A DNA stretch of 64,000 bases from a virus: positions 17,567 to 81,566 of IMG/VR virus record IMGVR_UViG_3300035185_000025, one strand, 5' to 3'. Under the pieces are notes generated by a model, which saw nothing but the letters and a program-made list of their open reading frames with translations, did no database searches and had not been told where the DNA came from. This document shows positions 57,942 to 64,000 of this stretch, one piece after another; the first letter of the stretch is position 1, and each line of letters opens with the position of its first letter. Made by a program: the position numbers and the translations under genes.

Positions 57942-58361
57942 CTACACGATCCCGCCGGCTGCGTACCATTCGAGGTCGCCCTGGCCCTGCACGCGCACGA
58001 GGGAGATCCGATCATCGGACGCGGGGGTCTCCAAGATCAGGCCGCCGCTGCCGGCCACCGTGCGGACGACGACGCCCGTGGTCTCGTAGGTCATCTCGAC
58101 GGTGAACGGCGAGAGCGTCTGCACGGACAGATAGAAGACGGTCGCGCGGAGGTTCGGCGGAAGCCCGAGATCCTCGAATGCGACGGCGCTATCGACCGTG
58201 CGCGACGTCGTCGACTCGTCGTTGGTGGCTGCAGCGGCGCTCGCAGGCAGGCTCAGACGGAAGCTCGGACCCGAGGATCCAGCCGTGCCGACGCCGTTGC
58301 ACGTCGCTGGCGAGCTGCTGAGCGAGCCCTTGAGGGTAACGGAGATCGCACCGACGGCCAC
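57942..58361 (-). CDS. Probable structural protein
   Basis: Beta-rich; TAGCAT-N6-GTG. Confidence 0.5.
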   Translation of the reverse strand: MAVGAISVTLKGSLSSSPATCNGVGTAGSSGPSFRLSLPASAAAATNDESTTSRTVDSAVAFEDLGLPPNLRATVFYLSVQTLSPFTVEMTYETTGVVVRTVAGSGGLILETPASDDRISLVRVQGQGDLEWYAAGGIV

Positions 58362-58757
58362 GACCGGATGCTACGCGTGATCCGGGCCGTGGTCCAGCGC
58401 GCCGCGCGTCACAGCTCGAGCAGCCACGAGATCGTCACGAGCAAGCCGAACCTGCGCAGCTTCAGGATGAGCCCGATCAGCCAGAACATGAGTCGCCTCG
58501 CAGCACCCGCTCGACGAGCGACATCGCCATGATCAGCGTCGACTGCTCCGTGTCGGCGAGATCGCTGTGGTGGTAGGCCGCCCGGGCGAGAGACCTCGCG
58601 CGTGGCAGCGCGTAGTGCATGGCGAGACCTCCGATCGTCCCCATGCCTTTGAGCACGGCGCTGGCCTGGGCGAGCAGATCGTGCAGTTCTCGTCGGTGCG
58701 GCGCCGGGACGAACCTGCGCACGAGGGCCTGCGCGTGGCCGATGTCGGTCGTGGAGA

Positions 58758-59720
58758 TCACGACGCCTCCGGCATCTCGCGTACGCGCAGATCCTCGGGC
58801 CACTCGCTCGCGTCACCGCCGTGGGAGTGGCGGAGGTCGAGACGCTCGAGGCCGTGCCGAGGATCCGAGCCGAGCTGCTTCACGAAGACGGTGACGCCGG
58901 CGCTCTTGCACTGCTCGACGATCGAGCGGATCCACGCGACGTCGCACGGCCTGCCGTTGCTCTCGCCGCCGACGATCACCCAGTCGATCCCGCGGTCGCC
59001 GAGCCTCTTCAGCCCGAGGTCGATCGGTCCGAGCAGCGGCTCGCAGCTCAAAAACCGCAGCGCGGCCGGCACCTGCAGCAGCTTCGGGATCCGATCGTCT
59101 GCGCGCGGCTGGTCCTCGACGCTCGTTCCGATCCACACGTTGGGCAGCGGCCAAGGCCAGTCACCAGATCGCCTGACTTGGCCTATCTGGTCATCGTCCA
59201 GGTGCTGCTCAAGCGCAGGCTGCATGACGTCGCCCCATCCAGGACGGAGCCACGCGAACCACTTGCACGCCTCGCCCGGCCACTTGGTGAGCACCTGGAA
59301 CGTGTGTCGCTTGCACACGGCCATCACCCCGAAGACCGCCGCGATCTGCCGCCGTCCTTGCTCGGTCGCGACCCGCGACGGCAGGAACAGGTCCGAGTTC
59401 GCGCTCACGAAGATCCGCCGAGGCTTGCGCCACCGCAGCGGGATCGCCAAGCGCTCCGGCAGGAAGCGCGTGAGACCGGTGAACTTGAGCACGCCAGGAT
59501 CGCGCCGGCGCCGGTGATCTTCACCGGCGAGGATCTCGGTCCCGTCCGCGAGGACCTTCTTCACGATCCCCTGGTATGGCGCCGAGACCTTCGGGTTAGG
59601 GTTGTAGCTCAGTCGCCACGCGTCCCGGCGGGCGTAGCAGTTGGCGCACCCAGGCGACGCGGGCACGCACCCGGGCCACATGAGCCACGTCTCGTCGGTC
59701 CACTGGATCCCGGTACTCAT
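58758..59720 (-). CDS. DUF5131 (Gp37/Gp68) radical-SAM-like protein
   Basis: IQWTDETW, GC...SPGCANCYA, FLSCEPLLG, WVIVGGES, FVKQLG. Confidence 0.9.
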   Translation of the reverse strand: MSTGIQWTDETWLMWPGCVPASPGCANCYARRDAWRLSYNPNPKVSAPYQGIVKKVLADGTEILAGEDHRRRRDPGVLKFTGLTRFLPERLAIPLRWRKPRRIFVSANSDLFLPSRVATEQGRRQIAAVFGVMAVCKRHTFQVLTKWPGEACKWFAWLRPGWGDVMQPALEQHLDDDQIGQVRRSGDWPWPLPNVWIGTSVEDQPRADDRIPKLLQVPAALRFLSCEPLLGPIDLGLKRLGDRGIDWVIVGGESNGRPCDVAWIRSIVEQCKSAGVTVFVKQLGSDPRHGLERLDLRHSHGGDASEWPEDLRVREMPEAS

Positions 59721-60142
59721 GATCGATCCTCCTCCGCGTCCGCGGCTGCTTCTTTGACCTCGCGCACGAGCGCCGCGAGCGTCACGTGCTGGTCGATCGC
59801 GCCGCATTCGAGCGCAGCCGCGATCTCGAACATGGCGTCGAGCACGTCGCACGGCGTCTCGCCTGGCACCACGAGCGTGATCCCGTTGCGCTGGATCGGG
59901 ATCGCGTCGAGGTCGTCGCCGCGGTACTCCACCGCGCCATCTGGCAGGGCGAGCAGAAGCGCGTCTCGGCGATGCTCGCGGGCCTGCTCGTCGATCTTCA
60001 TCAACTCCGCAGCGATGCGCCGCGACGTCGGCGTCGCCACGGCCTGAAGCTCGAGCGCCATCCGCTCGTGCTCGTCGCCGAGATCTCCGAGCCACTTGGC
60101 AAAGGCCAACAGGTTCTCGCGCCTGCGATACCCGATCAGCAT
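59717..60142 (-). CDS. Hypothetical protein
   Basis: 141-aa ORF overlapping its neighbours. Confidence 0.6.
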   Translation of the reverse strand: MLIGYRRRENLLAFAKWLGDLGDEHERMALELQAVATPTSRRIAAELMKIDEQAREHRRDALLLALPDGAVEYRGDDLDAIPIQRNGITLVVPGETPCDVLDAMFEIAAALECGAIDQHVTLAALVREVKEAAADAEEDRS

Positions 60143-60399
60143 GGCGCACCCGTGAGGCCCTCGAGCGCCGCCGGGGAGACGTAGTTGAGCGTCTCGACGA
60201 GCGCATCGGTCCTCGCGTCGACGGTCGCGTTGCTGCCATTCTCTCGCGCGACTTCGTCGGTTAGGAGTTCGAATCCTCCGACGAGCGAGCAGACCCGCGT
60301 TACGATCCGCTGCTGCTCGTCGCCGAGCTTGGCGAAGTCGTCGAGCGGGATCGGGTTCTTGCGCAAGGCTGCGTCCAGTGATGCGATGGAGCTGTCCAT
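60136..60399 (-). CDS. Hypothetical protein
   Basis: Class B promoter at 60407-60434. Confidence 0.6.
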   Translation of the reverse strand: MDSSIASLDAALRKNPIPLDDFAKLGDEQQRIVTRVCSLVGGFELLTDEVARENGSNATVDARTDALVETLNYVSPAALEGLTGAPC

Positions 60400-60422
60400 G
60401 GTCGACCTACCGCGCTCGCTGG

Positions 60423-61064
60423 TCATCGCTTCCCGAGCCGCGACTCAACCTCGTTCCGCCAGCACTCGCCTGGGCGCGGGGCGATCAGCGGCAGGAATGC
60501 GTCGGTGTCCATCTCGACCGCGTCCGGCCACACAGAAGGCGCCCAGTCACCGCCGCCTGGGAGCCACAGCATCGCCTCGAAGTAGAGCGCGATCGCGTCG
60601 GCGGTTTTGACGATCTCGAGGTCTCCACCAACCGTTCCGAAATTGCAGACCTGTACCGCCTCGTATCCATCCACGTCCGAGGTCTCGACGATCGCTGCGT
60701 GCTCGTACACGAAAGGCGCATAGTCGAGGCCGAGCGCGTGGATGATCGCCGCGTCGACTGCGGACTCGACATCTCGCATCTCCTGCGTCTTACCAGGCCG
60801 CAAGCAGTCGCCCCACGGGACCAGCGCCTCGTGGGCATCGTGCAGCAGCGGCCACGGCCCGGTAGCACCGAGGACTCGCGCGATCCTGTCGACCCGCAGC
60901 GAGTGCTCGCGCACCGTGATCGGGCGCGTCGTCTGGTTGTTGAACCTCGGCACGTCGAGCCCGCGCGCGATCACGTCGAGCGTGATCACGGACGGATCCG
61001 GGTTGAGGTAGTCGAAGTACTCGCGCGTGTAGAGTTGGACGGAGGTCGCGGTCGGAGGTGCCAT
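60423..61064 (-). CDS. HD-domain phosphohydrolase (YfbR-like)
   Basis: RFN, TVREHS, LLHDAHEA, GD, KTAD; class B promoter at 61073-61100. Confidence 0.85.
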   Translation of the reverse strand: MAPPTATSVQLYTREYFDYLNPDPSVITLDVIARGLDVPRFNNQTTRPITVREHSLRVDRIARVLGATGPWPLLHDAHEALVPWGDCLRPGKTQEMRDVESAVDAAIIHALGLDYAPFVYEHAAIVETSDVDGYEAVQVCNFGTVGGDLEIVKTADAIALYFEAMLWLPGGGDWAPSVWPDAVEMDTDAFLPLIAPRPGECWRNEVESRLGKR

Positions 61065-61072
61065 CGACGGGC

Positions 61073-61831
61073 CTACCAGCGGGCGGGCGCTCCGCTTCCC
61101 TGCTGCGTGCGACTGGTCAGCGATCGGATGAGCGCGCCGAGGACCCTGGCGGCGTCGGCTGCGGTGCGCTGGTCAACGCCGAGGCCGACCGCGCGAGCCA
61201 ACTCGACGGGAGACCCATGAGCCAGGCGGCCATGCGCGCGGGGAGGAACCCACCCGTCCCACAGATCCGCTGGAGCCGCGCGTAGGCTGGCCAGCGCTGC
61301 ATGTACGGCGCGAGGTGGTTGCCCTTCGCCGTCGCGGTCGGCAGCCTCCTGCCACGAAACGACGAACGCTCGATCGCGGTCATGTGGGGCTCCGCGCGGA
61401 GCGGTTCGCAGTCGAAACGGCACGCTGGCATGCCCGAGATCCCACAGGTCGCGCCGCACGAAGGGCACCCACCGTCGCCAGGATCGGTCCTTCGCGCTCG
61501 ACTCCCAGAGGGTCCACCGTGGTCGAAGATCTCGCGTGAGTCGTTTTGCATGTTCCCACTCTGGCGCCAGGCCGCGATCGCCTGCTGTGTTGCTGGTGCT
61601 GTGCGTGTTGCACGGGACTCCGCCGATCAGACCGTCGATCTGCGGGATGTCGGACGCGCGGACAGACTCGATGTCGCCGAGCAGCCTGGCGTCTGGAAAG
61701 TGCGCGCCGAAGATCGCCCGGCGGGCGTCGTTGACCTCGACCGCGAACGCGCAGTCGAGGGACGGGATCGCCCGGTGCAGGCCGTAGTCGAGCAGGCCGG
61801 CACCGGCGAAGAGGCTGCCGTAGCGGATCAT
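61073..61831 (-). CDS. C5-cytosine DNA methyltransferase (divergent)
   Basis: SLFAGAG, GDI, GGVPC, motif VI as WESS, GAPHDRDRAF. Confidence 0.8.
   Translation of the reverse strand: MIRYGSLFAGAGLLDYGLHRAIPSLDCAFAVEVNDARRAIFGAHFPDARLLGDIESVRASDIPQIDGLIGGVPCNTHSTSNTAGDRGLAPEWEHAKRLTRDLRPRWTLWESSAKDRSWRRWVPFVRRDLWDLGHASVPFRLRTAPRGAPHDRDRAFVVSWQEAADRDGEGQPPRAVHAALASLRAAPADLWDGWVPPRAHGRLAHGSPVELARAVGLGVDQRTAADAARVLGALIRSLTSRTQQGSGAPARW
61117..61551 (-). CDS. Alternative-frame ORF within the C5 MTase (motif IX-like)
   Basis: LPTATA...PARMAAWLMGLPSSW. Confidence 0.45.
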   Translation of the reverse strand: MQNDSREIFDHGGPSGSRARRTDPGDGGCPSCGATCGISGMPACRFDCEPLRAEPHMTAIERSSFRGRRLPTATAKGNHLAPYMQRWPAYARLQRICGTGGFLPARMAAWLMGLPSSWLARSASALTSAPQPTPPGSSARSSDR

Positions 61832-61844
61832 GCGTCCTCGCCCG

Positions 61845-61928
61845 CGAGCCTCTCGAAGATCGTGCGGGAGCCAAGCCGCGCGGGTGTCCGTCACCAGGTG
61901 AGCCCGAGCCTCTCGAAGATCGTGCGGG
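61845..61928 (+). repeat. 24-bp direct repeat, 60 bp apart
   Basis: CGAGCCTCTCGAAGATCGTGCGGG at 61845 and 61905. Confidence 0.85.
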
Positions 61929-62388
61929 CGTTGGAGAGCCCCGCCGCGCGGTAGTAGTCGGCGATCGTCGGCTCGTGATCGGTAGCGATATTGTGCTCGC
62001 GGGCGAAGATTCGTCCGGCGATGACGTCGACGTCGCCAGCAAGGCTTTGGTCATCACAGCGCGAGCGCTTAGGGTCGATGATCGAGTAGCCGTCATAGAG
62101 TTCCTGCCACGACGGCACGTGCTCGCCTGCGTGGGCGTCGCGGATCCCGTCCTTGAAGCACTTGAACGCGTGCTCCGCGTCGCTCACACGACCCTTGCGC
62201 ATGTACTTCGTACCCTTGGCGGTGCGACGTGCGCGTGTCCCGTCGAACTCGGCGAGGCCGGCGTCGCGCAGCTTACGCACGGTGATGCTGATTCCGCACG
62301 GATCGGAGAGATCTGCGTCATCTGCGAAGGTGGTCCATTCGCTGGTCAGAGAGTGAAGGAGGGGTAGATCGTTGGTGGTGATTGCCAT
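61891..62388 (-). CDS. Hypothetical wHTH-like protein
   Basis: Class C promoter at 62400-62425 (GGAATA-N15-GGTAT). Confidence 0.6.
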   Translation of the reverse strand: MAITTNDLPLLHSLTSEWTTFADDADLSDPCGISITVRKLRDAGLAEFDGTRARRTAKGTKYMRKGRVSDAEHAFKCFKDGIRDAHAGEHVPSWQELYDGYSIIDPKRSRCDDQSLAGDVDVIAGRIFAREHNIATDHEPTIADYYRAAGLSNARTIFERLGLTW

Positions 62389-62470
62389 GTCGCGTGGAGA
62401 TACCGTCCCGATCGGGTCGTATTCCGCAACTTCCGATCTTTTCCGATCTTTGTTTCAGCGCAGTTGGCGC

Positions 62471-63277
62471 TCATGCGCAGTCCAGCACGAGTTCCCAGCC
62501 GCCGGGCGCGTACTCGTCAGGCGGCGGCCCGGTCCATGGCTCCGGCGGGTGCTCGGCGGCGCACCTGCGCATCCTCGCCGCCGGCAGGATCTCCCGCGCG
62601 ACCGCGACGGCCTTCGCCAGCGTCGCCCGGACCCAGTGGCCGAACACCGTGATCCCGTGGCGCCAGTGCTCGCCGGCGCGCGCGATGATCTCGAGCTGCT
62701 CGAGCGCGGCGAGGCGGCGGTAGAAGGTCTCGCCGCCGGATGCCCCGACGAGCCCGCGCAGCCGCACGAGCTTCGGCTCGACCGTCCGCCGGTGCCCTAC
62801 GCGGCCCTGGTGCTGCGCAGCCGCGAGCGCGAACGCTGCGACCGCGAGCGCGACGACGGTGGCCGGCCGCTCCCGCTCGGCCCGAGCTCGACGCCACAGC
62901 GCGGCCATGTTCTCCGGGCTCGGGATCGAGACCTTCGGGCTCTTACCTTCGCCGAGCAGGTGAAGCTCGATGACACGGCCGAAGCCGCAGCGGCCTCGCT
63001 TGGCGTAGGTAATCGAGATCTTCCCCGCGCCGCGCAGCATCGCGATCCCGTACTCGACCGCGCGGATCGGGGCGCCTGTGAGATCGGCCAGCCTGGCGTT
63101 GGTCGGCCAGACCTTCGTCCCCTCGGATCCCCATCGCAGGTGCGAGGCCAGCGCGAGCCAGATCAGCGGGGCGATCGCTCGGCCTCGGCCGTGGGGGAGA
63201 TCCGGCAGTTCGAGCCGGCGCATGGCCTCGGGGCCGGGGACCTTGCGGCGGCGCAGTCGGGCCGGAAGCGGGATCAC
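62471..63277 (-). CDS. HTH replication-protein-like
   Basis: WPTNARLADLTG...LRGAGKI plus a second wHTH-like repeat. Confidence 0.55.
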   Translation of the reverse strand: MIPLPARLRRRKVPGPEAMRRLELPDLPHGRGRAIAPLIWLALASHLRWGSEGTKVWPTNARLADLTGAPIRAVEYGIAMLRGAGKISITYAKRGRCGFGRVIELHLLGEGKSPKVSIPSPENMAALWRRARAERERPATVVALAVAAFALAAAQHQGRVGHRRTVEPKLVRLRGLVGASGGETFYRRLAALEQLEIIARAGEHWRHGITVFGHWVRATLAKAVAVAREILPAARMRRCAAEHPPEPWTGPPPDEYAPGGWELVLDCA

Positions 63278-63479
63278 TTCGGGCCGCCGAACTCTGCGAC
63301 CCATGCCGCGGCGAAGCGATCTGTCTCGTCCGCAGGGGTTGCGTCTGCTCCGACGCGGTGTGATTCTTTCATCGTTGCTCCGGTGGGCCGTGAAGCCCGG
63401 TGCAGCTCGGGTCGGGTAGGTGATGCTCCCGGCCTTTGCCTTTGGTTGTGCTGGCACCGTATCACAGGCGCCGGACGAA

Positions 63480-63887
63480 CTAGATGCGATCGAGCCTGCA
63501 CACGTGCTCGCCCTCGTGGATCTCGATGCTGTCGAGCCTCACGTGCGCCGGCAGCCGCCTCTCGATCCGAGGCCAGACCCAGCGGCAGAGGTTCTCCGTC
63601 GTCGGGTGCTCGAGCGTGTCGTTCAGGTGGCGGTGGCAGAGCACGTCCTTGATCTCGGTCTTGCACGCCTCCAACAGCTCGCCGTAGTCCATCACCCACT
63701 GCACGGGCTCGTCGAGACCCTCGGAGCGACATTCGGCCGGGTCGAAGCAGCGCGCGTCGCAGCTCACCCACGCGCGGACCTTGTAGCTGTGGCCGTGCAG
63801 GCGCCCGCACTTGTGGCCGTCGGGCACGAAGTTGAGCTGGTGCGAGCACGACATGTCGGTGGCCTTCGGGCCGATGCGCATCCTCAT
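63480..63887 (-). CDS. queD: 6-carboxy-5,6,7,8-tetrahydropterin synthase
   Basis: CGRLHGHSY, VMDY, HRHLND, PTTENL. Confidence 0.9.
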   Translation of the reverse strand: MRMRIGPKATDMSCSHQLNFVPDGHKCGRLHGHSYKVRAWVSCDARCFDPAECRSEGLDEPVQWVMDYGELLEACKTEIKDVLCHRHLNDTLEHPTTENLCRWVWPRIERRLPAHVRLDSIEIHEGEHVCRLDRI

Positions 63888-64000
63888 GGTTCAAACAGCC
63901 TTTCCTGACGGATCGCTCCGTCGAGTTTCCTCAATGTTTTCCCGTAGATAGAGACGCTCGTGCCGTCGAAGCTGTGCGCCCCGGCATCGCCGCAGATCCA
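63884..64000 (-). CDS. C-terminus of a probable DpdA/TGT-like transglycosylase (truncated by window)
   Basis: Hand translation WICGDAGAHSFDGTSVSIYGK...QERLFEP*; ATGA overlap with queD. Confidence 0.45.
   Translation of the reverse strand, partial: WICGDAGAHSFDGTSVSIYGKTLRKLDGAIRQERLFEP

Noticed and set aside
1-64000. tRNA, rRNA, integrase, transposase, reverse transcriptase/DGR, stop-codon recoding
   Set aside because: None recognised; core genes translate intact with the standard code and use TGA, TAG and TAA stops.

Overview
This is a 64 kb segment of a high-GC tailed phage or prophage with a contractile tail. It encodes terminase, portal, MuF, scaffold, major capsid, neck, sheath, tube, tail chaperone, tape measure and baseplate proteins. 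It also carries an O-like initiator with an internal iteron/palindrome cluster, DnaB, RecE/RecT, a RuvC-like resolvase, SF1 and SF2 helicases, a GH25 lysin, several DNA methyltransferases, QueD with a probable DpdA/TGT fragment, and an ECF sigma factor. The most striking property is regulatory. The virion genes are scattered on both strands among small accessory genes, and most transcription units appear to have their own promoter directly abutting the start codon, implying leaderless mRNAs. Three motif classes were read by eye: (B) about 26 copies of GGAAGC-N16-GGTAG-N6..10-start before non-structural genes; (A) about 19 copies of TAnnnT-N5..8-start before virion and packaging genes; (C) 3 copies of GGAATA-N15-GGT(T/A) with upstream A-tracts. 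At four loci the same ~10 bp act as a class B -35 on one strand and a class A -10 on the other. All product calls come from motif recognition and gene context, not database searches, and the host is not determined.
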